A stretch of 63,454 nucleotides of DNA, filler included, from Malacoraja senta (Eukaryota): assembly GCA_038087875.1 (NCBI GenBank). It is 4 parts of 4 records of this genome, joined end to end, with 100 filler letters (N's around TTAATTAATTAA, not from the genome) between each part and the next. Parts side by side here need not be neighbours in the genome. Positions count along the whole stretch, not along the records: positions 1 to 27,395 come from JAXLNO010000368.1; 3 more parts are not named here. One strand, given 5' to 3'. Shown piece after piece: positions 1 through 14,039 of the stretch. The first letter of the stretch is position 1. Every line of letters begins with the position of its first letter. The notes beneath the pieces are model-generated. The model was not told the origin of the DNA, searched no databases, and saw nothing but the letters and a program-made list of their open reading frames with translations. The position numbers and the translations under genes are program-made.

Positions 1-749
1 GCTCATGTGGAGTGCATTTGGTGGAATTTCAACAAGTGGCATATTTTCTACAGCTGACGATTTTCCCCTCTTGATTTCAATGCAAGTAATAACAAAACAT
101 GGAGAGATATTACATTGGGTTTATGATCTTGGACCAGATGTGAAAATCATGCATTGCATTTCCAATAACGTTAATTTGAGGGTTTGTTTGTATCAATGCT
201 ACATTATCTGCCAGCATTAGGACTGGATTAGAGGGTATTCGCTGTAAGTCTTGTTTGTACAGACTTGGATTGTTTTCTCTGGAAGGACATAGGAAGAGCT
301 GAGTTCTGATAAAGTATATAACATTTTGAGATGCAAAGATATGGTAGGCAGTCGAAAATAAATTCTCCCCAGTTGAAGGGAAAGGCGAAAGGGCATAACT
401 TTAAAATGAAAGGGGAAACGTTTGACAGTGAAGGTGGTTGGTGCCTGGAATGCGCTGCCACATGTGGCGGTGGGCGGATGCAATAACGACGTTGAAGAGG
501 GTTTTATATAGGCACGTGGGTATGCAGGGAATGGATCATGTGCAGGCAAACTAAGTTACTTTATCTTCACATCATGTTCAGCACCGACATTGTCAGTTCA
601 TGTGCTGGAATGTTCCATGTTCTGTGCCTTCAAATTACTCTCCGACATGAAAAATGCCCAGAAGAATCAGCAAGTATTGGAGATCGCGCAACGGTCTCAT
701 TGACAAACGTAATAAACCGAGGAATTAACCATTTGTCGAAAAGATTCCG

Positions 750-3245
750 TGTTCTGCATGGACTGAATATAGAATCAAACAAAAAAAGGCAATGCTGTGG
801 CGGTCATGGGAGATTTCAATATGCAGGAAAATGAGGTTGGTACTGGATTTGTAGAGTGTCTCCGAGATGGATTGTTAGAGCAGCTTGGAGTTGAGCCAAA
901 CTGGGAAAAGGCAATTCTGGATTTAGTGTTATGTTATGAACCGGATTTGATAACGGAACTCAAGATAAAGGAACCATTAGGAGGTAGCGACCACAACATG
1001 ATGAGGTTTAATCTGCAATTTTTGAGGGAGAAGGTGAAATCGGATGTGTCTGTATTGCAGCTGACCAAGGGGACTACAGAGGCATGAGCGAGGAGATGGC
1101 CAAAGGAGGCTGGAAATGTACACCAGCAGGGATGACGGTGGAACAGCAATGGCAGGAATTTCTGCGAATAAGCCAGAAGGTGCAGCATATTTTCATTCTG
1201 AAGGGGAAGAAAAATTCTAAGGGGAGAAAGAGGCGACCGTGGCTCACAAGGTAAGTCAGGGACAGTATAAAACTAAAAGCGCATAATATTGCGAAGATTA
1301 GTGGGTAGCCAAAGGATTGGGTAGCTTTCAAAGAATAATAGAAGATATCGAAACGGGCAATATGGGGAGAAAAGATGAAATATGGAGGTAAGCTAGCAAC
1401 TAATAGAAATGGGGATAGTAGCAGTGACTTCAGTTATATAAAAAGTAAGAAAGAGGCAAGAGTGGAAGTTGGGTTGCTGGAGAATGATGCAGGAGAAGTG
1501 ATAATGGGGAATAAAGAAATGGCAGAGGAATTGAATCTTTTTTTTTTTGCACCAGTCTTCACAGCGGAAAACACCAGCAATGTGCCTGAAATTCTAGAGA
1601 GTCAGGGGTGGAACTTAGTGGAGTGGTTATTACTAGGAAGAAAGTACTTGGGAAGCTGAAATGGCTGAAGGTGGATATCTTACCTGCACCAGATGGACAG
1701 CACCCTAGGTTTCATAAAGAGGTGGCTTTAGAGAATGTGCATGCATTGACAGTGATATTTTAAGAATCACTAGAGACATGAGAGGTCCCAGATGATTAGA
1801 CAAGTCCAATATTACCCCGCTGCACATGAAGGGAGCAAAGCACAATAGAGGGAACAAAAGGTCGGTTAGTCTGATTTCGGTGCTTGGTTAGATTTTAGAA
1901 TCCATTATAAATGTTGAGGTTGCGAAGTACTTCGAAATTCACGATAAAATAGGTCGAAGTCAGCATGGCTTTGTGAAGAGGAGGTCTTGCTTCACAAATT
2001 TGCTGGAATTATTTGAAGATGTAAGTAGCAGGACGGCAAAGGAGAGTCAGTAGATGGTGTTTACTTAGATTTTCAGAAAGCCATTGATAAGGTGCCACAC
2101 GTGAGGCTGCTAAGCGAGATGAAAGCTCATGGTATCAAAGGACAAATACTAGCATGGATTGGCTGGATGACAGAAGACAAAGAGTGGCAATAAAGGCGGC
2201 TTTCTCGGGTTGGCTACCAGTGACTAGCGGAGTTCCGCGGGGGTCGGTGCAAGGTCCACTACTCTACATGTTGTATATTAATGATTTAGGCGAGAAGATT
2301 GAAGGCTTTGTGGCCAAATTTCGCGGATGATACAAAAATAGGTGGAAGGGCAGGTCGTGTTGAGAAAGCAGGGACTCTACATAAAGACTTGGACAGGTTG
2401 CGAGAGTCGGCAGGGAGGTAGCAGATGGCAAAATGTGTAGCAAAGTGTCGCTTCGTGCTTTTTGGTAGTAGGAATAAAGACATAGACTATTGTCTGAAAG
2501 GGTAGAGAATCCAAAAATCGGAGGTGCAAAGGGACAAGGGATTGCTGGTGCAGGATTCCCAAAAGAGTCGAATCGGTAGTAAAGAAAGCATGTTCAATGC
2601 TAGCATTTATTTCAAAAGGACTTGTATGCACAAACAGGGATGTCATGTTGAGGCTCTATAAGGCACTGATGAGGTCGCATTTGGAATATTGTGAGCAATT
2701 GTGGGCACCATATTTGAGGAAGGATATGCTGGCACAGGAGCGGGTCCAGTGGAGGTTTATAAGAATGATCCCAGGAATGAGAAGGTTAACCAATGAGGAG
2801 CGTTTCTCGGCACTGGGCATGTACTCGCTAGAGTTTAGAAGAATGAGGGGGACCTCATTGGAACATACATAATAGTGAAAGGCTTGAATATAGTGGGATG
2901 TAGAGAGGATGTTTCCACGAGTGGGAGACTTCGGGACTAGAGGTTATAGCCTCGGAATTAAAGGACGTTCTTTTAGGAAGATGATGAGAAATGTATTTTG
3001 TCAGAGGGTGGTAAATCTGTGGAATCTGTGCCACAGAAGGCTGGAGAGGCCAAGTCAGTGGATATTTTTAAGGCAGGGATATATAGATATTTGATTAGTA
3101 CACGTGGCAAAGGTTATGGGGAGAAGGTTGGCGAATGGGGTAGGAGGGTGAGATAGATCACCCATAATTGAATGGCGGAGTGGATTGATGGGCCGACTGG
3201 ACCAATTCTACTTCAATCATCCATAACCTTATGACTTTATGAATA
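750..3245 (+). mobile_element. Degenerate CR1-clade LINE: endonuclease end, RT and 3' UTR
   Basis: Broken ORFs contain GDFN and LDLVL..GGSDHNM (APE endonuclease), SQHGFVKRRSC, DFQKA-D-VPH, PHLEYC-QLWAPYLRKD and a CR1 3' end (gatcacccataattgaatggcggagtggattgatgggccgactggacc). Many stops and frameshifts. Confidence 0.9.
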
Positions 3246-4414
3246 AGAACAGCGTTTACCATGTGGTCACATGTAGCTGACACGTTTTCAATTATCATAT
3301 CTGAATTTTATTCTAGTTTTCTGCACTAACGTAATTTTCCTTAATAAATACCGATCGCCAATATGTGTATATCCGTTTTGCCTGCATATCATCGTTCCAG
3401 TGCTGGAGCGATTTGATGAGAAAAGCATCGCAACATCTTATAAAACATTCTCATAGAGATAATCACATTTCTTCTTCGTGCATACTTGAAACGTATTTTA
3501 CAATGAAACTTCAAAGCTATCAAAGACACAAGCTGGAGTAACTCAGCGAGTTAGGCAACATCTAACCCGCGGAATAACACCAGCTTTTTGCGTCTATCTT
3601 CGGTGTAAGCAACTGCAGTTCCTTCCTGCTCTTCAAATCTATCATTCCAGGATTTCAATCTTTCTGATCGTTTCACTCGCATTGCAAACCTCGCGAGTTT
3701 GTTAGTTCCGAGACGGTCCTTGTTTCCGTTTGCATTTTCTTTGGTAAAGCACGAAGTCAACGAATATCAGTTTCTAACAAACCTGGAATGCCAATCAGTG
3801 CGAGAATGGGATAGTAAATGTCCTCAATCTGTGGGATTATAGGTAGCTCCATTTCGTTCACTGCTGAACTTTACGATATGATGACATATGATGAGATCTT
3901 TGCAATGAACACAATTTATATATTTGAGCATTGTACATGAGGACAGAGCCGTTTAATTAATTTGCTGCAGCTGGTGTTCAGAATTATACCATCAGCACGC
4001 CTGCTTGAACACGTTGCCGAAACAGCTATTTTTACTCCATTCCTCAGAAGGAAAAATAAACCTGTTTCGCACATCTCATGTAGTCATAGTAACCATTAAG
4101 TCTTTAAGCTCGCATTTTCTTTCCTCCATAAAGTGAAATTATTGAGTCGAGCAAAGATACAAATCTAATTTTACTTATTTTCGCCGTAATAACTGTACAC
4201 ACATTGACACAATANNNNNNNNNNNNNNNNNNNNNNNNNNNNNNNNNNNNNNNNNNNNNNNNNNNNNNNNNNNNNNNNNNNNNNNNNNNNNNNNNNNNNN
4301 NNNNNNNNNNNNNNNNNNNNNNNNNNNNNNNNNNNNNNNNNNNNNNNNNNNNNNNNNNNNNNNNNNNNNNNNNNNNNNNNNNNNNNNNNNNNNNNNNNNN
4401 NNNNNNNNNNNNNN

Positions 4415-6386
4415 TCAGGAATGAGGAACGTTCATCTAGAGGGATCTTCCAAAATGAGCTTTTGGCGTCTAAGACGGAGAAGACAGTGGCAGGACCGACC
4501 TGTGCAGCGACGTCCTCCACCGTCCGCACGGGGTAGTGCGGGCGCTTGATGGCCAGGTTCAGGTCCTTTGGGTTAATGCAGATCCGGATCTCGCTCTTGT
4601 CCTTCTTGGCAGCGACGACCATGTTTGAGACCCACCTGGTGGGAGCTCTCACCTCCTTGAGGATGCCCATGGTCACCATATCACGCAGAGTAGATTCCAC
4701 GCGGCCCTTCATAGCAAAGGAGACGCGGTGGGCCGGTCCGACCACCGGGTCGACACTCGGGTCGACAACAATTTTATAGTCACAGGGCAATTTGCCCAAA
4801 ATGTCATCAAAACGGTCGGGGTATTCGCCCAGGGTGTCCATGGGGGCCAGCACCTGGTGAATTCCGCGGTGGAAAGAAACCAAGCCAAGGTCCTGACACG
4901 CACGGCGCCCAACAGGTGACGTTGTCAGAATCCAGCAGGTGGAAGGTGAGGGGCCGAGAGGTCTCAAGGACTGTGCAGATAAGCGTGGCCTTCCCCACTG
5001 GAACTAGAACACCTCCCCCATAGGCATGAAGGCGGGTGTCGCCGGGAGTAACTCTCTCACCAGATCTTATCCGCTTGAAGAGGCTGACAGACATAACATT
5101 TGCAAAGGCACCAATATCGACCTTGGCAGAGAATGAATGGCCATTCACAGTAACATGCACAGAGGGATCTGTTATCGTAGCAGGTGCACCCAAAAGCAAA
5201 AACACCGTTGAATCACCATGGGAGGAGCTCCTATCAGAGTCTGGGAGTTCATCCGACTGGTACTGATAACCAAGCGCGCTATCAGGGTCTGCAAGGTTGT
5301 TTAAATTCCTCCTTGGAGCAGGGACCGGCTTATCACGGGACTGACAAGCCGCCGAAAAGTGGTTCAGTTTGCCACAGGAATTACAAGTCTTACCCTGCGC
5401 GGGTCAAACGTTGAACTGGTGGAAAGAAAAATTACAATTGGGGCAACGGCGTGGGGTGACCTTAGCGGGCATTGCAGCGGGGTTTCGTCGTGGCGGACCA
5501 GCGTTCCGCCGGCAGCCAGCTGCACCGGTAAAGTTAATGTCCTGGGACACCGGTTGAGACACGGAGCTAACAGCGGAATGCCTTACGAGCGGAATGCATG
5601 GCCTCCCTTAGTGTCAAATCAGGTTTCATGAGGAGCTCGTCACGCAGCTTAGCGTTCAGGAGACCATTGACCAGGACATCCCTGATCAATTCGTCCATGG
5701 AGATTGTTTCAAGGCGACAGCGCCGAGCCATATGACGCAAAGAGGCAATGAAAGCGTCAATATGCTCGCCGGGAATCTGCCGCCTCTGGAAGAATTTAAA
5801 GCGCTCAATAATGTTATTGGTAGAGATATCACAGAGGGCAGTGAATTTAGCCATGAGACATACCGGGTCCCGACGGTCTTCTCCGGGGGCGAAGTCGAAT
5901 GAAGCATAGTGATCCATGGCCTCCGGGCCAGCGAGGTTGAGCAGCAGGTGAGCCTGCACAGCAGGGGTGGCATCAGGATGGGCGATGGCTGTGTAATTTT
6001 CAAAGTCGCGCTGGAACACAGTCCAGCGGTGGACAATGCCCGTGTCAAAGACCAAAGTGTCGGGTCGACGACAGGAGTTGGACATAATGAAAACGGGAGG
6101 GGAGACGTGAACAACTGGGAGAAAGCAAAGAATAAAAAGAAAACCGATCAACAGGAGACGCGAGTCTACCGCTGTGACACCATGTAAAATGAGTTGATTC
6201 CTACACAGAGTCTTTTACTGATGGTTTATTATAATCACTAACACACACTATGCAATAGCTGTCCGTGGTCATCACTGGAGCTAGAGAGCGGGCTGGAGGT
6301 GGGGACCTTACAATTATACGAGAGACAATGGGGAGTGGTTAGTAGTGGTGAGGTCACTATGTTCAAGGAACATGTACTGATCTACA
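4415..6386 (-). mobile_element. Ty3/Gypsy LTR retrotransposon (Mag-like), 5' half: LTR, PBS, gag, protease, start of RT
   Basis: Gag ORF 5567-6151 (ERFKFFQRRQIPGEHIDAFIASLRHMARRC..LIRDVLVNG); protease motif KVDIGAFANVM; RT WVSNMVVAAKKDKSEIRICINPKDLN..FSVLDAKSSFW. TGGTGTCA (tRNA-Leu-like PBS, 6182-6175) abuts a TGT...ACA LTR at about 6183-6386. The 3' half is lost in or at the N gap 4215-4414. Confidence 0.88.
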
Positions 6387-6439
6387 GTTTTGTCCAAAGC
6401 GGTTATTCTCTGTGACTGCGCATGTTTCTATTATTGCAG

Positions 6440-7558
6440 GTAATCTTATGGCGATTGTGATTCTATCTCGTGGGAACTGTGGTCTTTCCAAATGCATCAC
6501 ACGTTACATGGTTGCCATGGCTGTTGCAGACCTACTGGTGATAATATTTGATGTAGTATTATATGAGATTAATGACATGTATTTTCCGCTTTCCTTCTTG
6601 CATTATACTCCCGTTTGCAGTCTTAAAATTGCCCTGGTGATCGCAGCCATTGATTGTTCGGTCTGGCTAACCGTTGCCTTCACATTTGACCGATACATCG
6701 CCATTTGTTGTCAGAAGTTGAGATTAAAATATTGCATCGAAAGAACTGCCGTCATAGTTATAGTGGCAGTGTCTGGATTATGCTTTGTAGAAAATATCCC
6801 AATTTATTTTGAAAACGGGCACCAGGAGATCATTGACAACGTGCCATGGTTCTGCAAAGTGAAGGCAAGTCACTCCAGTTTACCAATATGGGATGCATAC
6901 TTCTTCTTCGACATTACCTTCACACCGCTTGTACCTTTCCTTTTGATTGTGCTGCTTAATGTCCTGACCATCAGACATATTTTACAGGCTAGTCGGATAA
7001 GGAAGGGACTCCGGGGGGGACGGGAAAAGCGAGGGTTGCACTGATCCGGAGATTGTAAACCGCAGAAAATCGATCATTTTACTGCTCTCCATCTCAAGCT
7101 GTTTTATACTGCTATGGATGGTAACATTTGTACATTACATATGCACACAATTTACAGGCGTTGAGTTCATGCTCACAGATTACAACGATCCTTTCGCCAT
7201 TATGGAGCACACTGGGTATATGCTGCAGTGCCTGAGTTCGTGCACCAACACATTTATTTATGCGGTGGCTCAGGCAAACTTCAGAGAATCATTGACGAAT
7301 ACGCTGAAATATCCTTTTACTTTATTGAATAAATTAGATCTAACCTCGGACCAGAGATCACGTAGCGTTTTTTTCATAATCTATTATCTAAATCAATTTA
7401 CCTGTTGTCGCACATTAAAAAATGTTTGGACAGAGCATATATGGCATGCCGTTTGTGTTTCGAACATGAGCAACTCCACGAAAGCATCTCTGAAGTATTT
7501 ATCAACTAACCTAAAGAAGCCAAAGCACGTAAAACAACCAGTCTTCATAAGTTCATAA
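6440..7558 (+). pseudogene. Class A orphan GPCR of the chondrichthyan GPR139-like family, coding exon 2; +1 frameshift in a G7 run (pseudogene or sequencing error)
   Basis: Acceptor ttattgcAG at 6438-6439, then GNLMAIVILSRGNCGLSKCITRYMVAMAVADLL, TPVCS, FTFDRYIAICC (DRY), PWFC. Removing one G from 7013-7019 gives RGDGKSEGCTDPEIVNRRKSIILLLSISSCFILLWMV..LSSCTNTFIYAVAQANFRE (TM6-TM7). The TM1 exon was not found in the window. Confidence 0.88.
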
Positions 7559-9089
7559 AATGACAAATTGTAGGAGCACAATTAGGCCATTCCGCCCATC
7601 ATGACTACTCTTCCATTCTATTATTGCCGATCTATCTTTCATTCTTTACCCCATTCTCCTGCCTTCCCTTAACCACTGACACCCGCACTAATCAAGAATT
7701 TATCCATCTCCACCTGAAAAAATATCCATCGACTTGGCCTCCACAGCCTTCTGTAGCAACCAATTCCACAATGTTTCCACTTTCCCAATAGTGGAAACAT
7801 TCCCTCCACATACACTCTATCCAGTCCTTTCATTATTCAATATGTCTTGCAAATGGAGGCACAAGAGGTTGCCGAAGCTTGAATCTTGAGCAAAAAAACC
7901 CACATTTCTGAAGGAAGCCAAGGGTTTCGACACGAAACTTAATCTGTCCCTCCCAGCACAGATGCTGCCTGATCCACAGAGTTCCTCCGATAGGTTGTTC
8001 TTTGTTCATATCTTGTAAATGCTATTCGTCATGTTCTATGCGACGTCTCCATGGAACAGCTTTTAATATTCTCAATTACTATCCGTATTTCTTTGTGATG
8101 TCACTAAATCGAAATATTATCATCCTGACGTAGCACAGAGACTAAATCACTAAAATGCACGAAACTTCTCACCACACAGCTCCCTCTCTCAGTCCCATTA
8201 TGAATTCATGCATCGCATCCCTATATCAGCTTCATGCAACCGCGGGGAAGTCATCTTTCATAGAAGCCTTTTACGCACCGTTGCAAATCGCCGAGCCCGT
8301 CTACGTTAGGCAATGTACACTTGTACATTTATTTTATCTTCACATTAGCTGTAAGCGCAGCGTCAGAATGCTGTAACACTATATTCTGCACGCTGGTATT
8401 TTTTACATCTTTACATTACTTATGTATGGCTTAATTGTATTCATGCATAGTATGATTTGGCTAAATACCACGCAAAGGGATTTTTCACTGTATCTCGTTA
8501 CCCGTGTCAATAATAAACCAATACGTTGTATCTATCGATTGCAGCACCCAGTGTTTAGCAAGGTTTTATTAAAATTTCCTTTTTGCCTTTGACTACGTGG
8601 TGAAGAACCATCATTTTTTCAACCGCTGAAGACCTCCATGCGCTAGTACAATATTCTGTCGGCGTGGGGCGTTTCGGCATTTGCAATACTGAGGATCAGG
8701 ACATATTTCCAAATCAGAATGGCGGTCAATTTGGATCTTGATCTGCAGGTGCTATTTTTACACGGTAGATTTCAAAGGGAGAACAGCACCAATTGCCCGC
8801 TTGGAAAGCGAAAGGGTGTTGATTCCACCGTCCAGAGAAAAATGATTATAATCTTCCATTCAGTGGCCAAAAGTAACACCAGTCCAAATGAGTCGTTTTC
8901 CCAGGACATAAGCACCTGCAGCTTCCAAGTTCACGCGAGTCCTACTGTCTGGTCAAAAAGACGGTGATTCAATTATTATTTGAACAGAGATTGATGGCGG
9001 AGGAGTTAGCTTGGTAATGTTATTGAATGTCAAGGCAGTTTACATCTTGCCTAATACTACACCTGCAAACAACTTTGCTGACATTCACA

Positions 9090-10190
9090 CATTTCCTAAA
9101 CATGGAACTCATAGAAAACATAGAAAATAGGTGCAGGAGTAGGCCATTCGGCCCTTCGAGCCTGCACCGCCATTCGATATGATCATGGCTGATCATCCAA
9201 CTCAGTATCCCATCCCTCATATCTATACCAAAATCTTTGATTTAAATCAGAAAATACAAACAAAATTCGCAGCAGTCGAACGGATGCCTCGCAGCGTCAG
9301 AGACCCGGGTTTGATCCCGACTACGGATGCTGTCTGTGTGAACGTCGTACGTGGTTTTTTTCCGGGCGCTTGTCTCCATCCACATTCCAAACTCGTGCAG
9401 GTTTATAGGTTAATTGCCCCCTGTAAATTGCCCCTAGTAAAATGTGTAAGGTGCCAAAGTGGGATTGAGTCATCGAATCATACTGCGTTGAAACGGGCTT
9501 TTCGGCACAGCATGCCCCATCTACATTAGTCCCAACTCCCCACGCTTGGCTCATAACCATCTAAACCTATCCTATGCATGTACCTGTCCAATTGTCTGTT
9601 TATTGTTTTGATAGTACCTGTCTCAACCTCCTCCTCTGGCAGCCCGTTCCATATACCCACCACTCTTTGTGTAAAAATGTTATCCCCAGGTTCCTATTAA
9701 ATCTCCAAACTCACCCCCTCTCACAGTAAATCTATATCCTCTGGTTCTCGAGTCCCCTATTGTGGGCAACAAACTCATGCGCATTTACCTGATTGATTGC
9801 TCACATAATTTTGTAAACCTCTTTCAGATCACCCCATCCTTTTGCACTCTAAGGAATGAAATCTAGAACCAGGGGCTACAGTTCCAGAACCAAGGATCAC
9901 AGTTTAAGAATAAGGAGTAAGCCATTTAGAACGCAGACGATGAAACACTTTTTCTCACAGAGAGTGGTGAGTCTGTGGAATTCTCTGCCTCAGAGGGCGG
10001 TGGAGGCAGGTTCTCTGGATGCTTTCAAGAGAGAGCTAGATAGGGCTCTTAAAAATAGCGGAGTCAGGGGATATGGGGAGAAGGCAGGAACGGGGTACTG
10101 ATTGGGGATGATCAGCCATGATCACGTCGAATGGCGGTGCTGGCTCGAAGGATCGAATGGCCTACTCATGCACCTATTGTCTATTGAAAT
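9090..10190. mobile_element. Cluster of CR1 3'-end fragments (both strands) and a partial HE1-type SINE (about 9290-9445)
   Basis: CR1 tail motif gatcagccatgatc..gaatggcggtg..ggcctactc at 9125-9215 (-) and 10100-10185 (+); SINE B-box gggtttgatccc at about 9306. Confidence 0.75.
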
Positions 10191-10429
10191 CAGAGCCTTC
10201 TCAACCTCACCCTCCCTGAACATAGACTCAGTGCCTTGCAGAACAGTTCAGCATAGGAACAGGCCCTTGGGCCCACACCTTCTGTTCCGAACGTGATGCC
10301 AAGTTGAACTAATCTCCTCCACCAACACATGTTCCATATCCATCCTTTCACTGCATATCGATGCCTTTCTAAAGACTTCAAATGCCACTATCAAGTCTCC
10401 TTGTACATCTTCTCTGGACTCTTTCCAGC

Positions 10430-10640
10430 TGGTGTGTTAAAAACAAATGCATGAACAATTCAGTGTGTCAGGCAGCATCTGTGGTGGGAATCGACTGACA
10501 ACGTTTTGAAGTCACCAGTCTGAAAAAGAGTTCCAGCCTGAAATTTCGTTGGTTCATTCCATCCCACAGATGTTGCCTGACCCACTGTTCCTCCAACAGT
10601 TTTGCTCAATCATCAAATATCTGCAGTTTCTAGTATCCCC
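10430..10640. mobile_element. Penelope-like element terminal remnant with internal inverted arms
   Basis: tcaggcagcatctgtgg ... ccacagatgttgcctga inverted arms around a degenerate ctgaa..gaaa core. Similar remnants at about 3520-3640, 7850-8000, 14690-14790 and 53950-54050. Confidence 0.55.
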
Positions 10641-13600
10641 AGAGATCTGTTAACTGTTACCATTTAATTGCCCTATTTTATTACATTTTGTATTACATTT
10701 CTGTTCAATTATGTTGCAGTCTTGGAAATGCTATCACCTCAGCTGCGAACCTGCATTCCTAGTGTACATTGCTACTTTAATCATGCTAAATTATGATCAC
10801 TGCCATCAAAACACCTCATCACTACCACTACAATACTACTCCCATCCTGCTGTAAAGCAATACCCACCATTTTCTATACAGTCGCCTTAATACTATTTCT
10901 TAAATGAATTTGAGAACCTCTGCACACTGCTTCAGTGACAGATAATATTAAGTGTAAATTCACAACTATTTATTGTTCTGGGGTGGGTTATTTTGCACCA
11001 TATAAACAGGCCAAAATATTTCTCCTTCCGTATCCCTAAGTTTATTTGATATACGATGATGAATATAAATCAATGCATCATTTAAATGTTTACTGTGCTG
11101 ATGGAGACCATTCATCCTATCAGGCCAATGCCACCTCTCTACTGGAGATAATCACTTGTTCAACCCCAGCCCTTCGACTGTAGTTTTGCATGTTTTTGCT
11201 CACAATTAGTTTATCCAATTCGCTCTTTGTGATGAAACATAAATAGGATTTGGATCAATGAACGGAGAAAGAAAATTTCAAGGGTACAAATGACTAACTT
11301 TATTACATCAAATTACAAGACAAAGCATTAAAAAAGCAACGAATCTCATGGCTTTCAGCTCAATGTGTTAAATGATAGAAGCCGTGGCAAATACCATCAA
11401 GTCTCACTGTCTTCCGCACATTGGAGACTCCTATTTATGATGGCTGGTATAGAGATCTTGCGGCCCAGCCACTGTCCTTCAAAGGTTCTGCATTAAATCA
11501 AGCACCGAGCTATTCTTGCATGTCTCGGAGAAAGAAAGGTTTAACTTCTCCTTTAGCTACACTATATATCCTTGTAGGCTGCTCCATAATTTCCCAGTTA
11601 TTCTAAGCGAGCCCTCAATCATCTAATTGTTTCCCAAAGCCAGCCTACTTGCTTACCATAAAGTGCAGTTAGCAGAAAATGTCATCATAGGTGAAAACCT
11701 TGTTTACCTTTTCCAATGCACTAAGGGCATAATGGAGCCAATTACACAAAATCTACGTGCCATACACTTGAAATTCCAAACGCACGTTGCATATAATTCC
11801 TTGTCCGCTCTCAAACCCTCCAGCAAAGTGATCAGCCTCCCTATCCATTCTTCCCATCAAAGATTGATAATTTTCCAGAGCTCCAAGAACGTAATATGTG
11901 ATTCACCACCCTCTGACTAGAGATTCCACCTTATCCCTTTCTAAAGATACATCATGTTATTCTGAGAAATGTGCTTGCCAAGACCATGGCATCTGCAGTT
12001 TTAGTCTCCTGATCTTAGGAAGAATGTTCTTGTTATGGAGGGAGTGCTGTGAAGGGTCATCAGATTTCAGGGATGGGAGGACTAATGTATGAAGGGCGAT
12101 TCGGGCAATTAGTTTTACATTGTGATTAGGACCATTCAAAATCAACTACAACATTCTTATGGGTCTGTACAGATTCAAGAGAGTCAAGAGTGTTTTATTG
12201 TCATATGTCCCAGATAGTACAATGAAATTCTTACTCACTGCAGCACAATGGAATATGTAAACATAATACATGGTAAACAATATGAAAAACGAGAAAGAGA
12301 AAAACAAAATCAGTGTGCACACATATATATATATACACACACACACACACATATATATGTGTATATATGTACGTATACATATATTCAAGAGGGAAATCCG
12401 GTCAGTTCAGGACCCAGTGGTCACAATCCGATGATCAGGCTTCAAGTTGAGATGAAGAGCGATTACTTCTCGCACAGAATGATGAACGTGTGGAATGTTA
12501 TACCACTGGAAGCAGTTGAACACAGATCATTGAATTTATACAAGGAGTTATATGTTATTTGTATGGTCAAAGGATGAGAGAAATAAAAGGATCAAGGTAG
12601 AAATTTTAGGTCACAATTGATCACATGGAATAATAGTTGAGGCTTAAATGCCTGAATTCCTATTACTTTTATATTCTGCATTTCAACATGTTTGTAGTTA
12701 TCGTGGCCACATTTGCTCTGCATCTAAGAACATGATAACTGGGATGCTTAAAAGGAACCGATACCCTGGTGCCAATGCCTTTTTGCAGATGCATACATTG
12801 GTTTGGTGTTCACAAAGCGAGGACAAATCAGAAATAATTTTCTGAACACGCCATCCATTGCTATTTCAATGTGCTTACCCAAGATACAAAAAATTAATAC
12901 TATATTAATCTATATTAAAAAATGTTTGGATAAAAATAAACAAAACACAGTCATCGAATGTCCCTGGGTAAGTTGTCCACCCCCTGCCCTCCACCCCTTT
13001 GAGAAGTGGCTGAAGGGTGATATTAAAATACATAAAGCTTTTAAATGAATCACTATGGTGAAAACATTTCCACCATAAAATCCAGCAAAGAATTCTACAG
13101 AGAATGCTCCCTCTCCTCCCCTCCCACACAATACAGGTGAGCATGAGGATCCAGATCAATGAATTGCATTTAGGGGAAGGCTGGGCAAACACAAAAGAGA
13201 AAAGAACAGTCGGTTCTACATTGGAGAATCCAGCATAGACTTGCCAACCATGTTGCAGATCGCATAAGGTGAGAAGAGGGTCATGTGGACTATATGCGCC
13301 AGTATTGGCAGGATAGGCAGAGTGGCCTGTTCCTAGACACTTGTCTCCTCTACAACCTTGTATTACTTTGACTGCCAATTCATTTTTGATCATTTTGTTC
13401 CCATTCATTCTTTAAAAAATACAAAATCAACTTTGACGTAAGATAACTGTGATTGATGCTGTTGCAAATAAATGGAGGCCTTACATTTTCTTAACAACAA
13501 TTTAATTTTGCGCCTTGCATATTATATCTTTCATATTATATCTTGCACATTCCATATATCTTGCCTTTACTTCGCAACATGAAGCCACTATAAAACAGGG

Positions 13601-14039
13601 TGCAATCCAATGTGCTTACTTGGATTTCATGCCAATCTATTTCCAAAAATCTTATACTCAATGGTCCATTTATCAAGCACATTCTACAGGCAACTATTAT
13701 TAGGTGAAATCTCAAGAGCAGAACTTGTACCAAATGAGCCACATAAAATGAACTTGATCTCTGTACCACCAGTTACCGTGGATAATTTTATATTCATATG
13801 GATGATAAATTCTTTGCATTAGATTAGAAATGTACAAAGTACAAACAATCAAGACTTTTGACCATCAAATAACCAAGCGTTATGTAACAACATTTATTGG
13901 TGCTGTGTCTCAGACTAAATGCAGTGTTAAAACAACATATATTCTATCCAGTAATGACTGTAGCTAATGGAATCTGCAACTAAAAACAGAAGACTGAAAG
14001 CATTCAATGGCTCAAGCAAATTATTGGGACAAATGGTTG

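Noticed and set aside
3860-4214. Candidate first (TM1) exon of the GPCR, for example FAAAGVQ at 3961
   Set aside because: It is preceded by an in-frame stop and has no phase-1 GT donor. Exon 1 is probably outside the window or in the 4215-4414 gap.
8560-9000. Unique-looking sequence with an 82-aa ORF (8719-8967)
   Set aside because: No recognisable domain in any frame examined and no convincing splice pair; not supportable as an exon.
11000-14000. Several 60-170 aa ORFs in AT-rich DNA
   Set aside because: No motifs, overlapping on both strands, and partly decayed CR1 sequence; consistent with chance.
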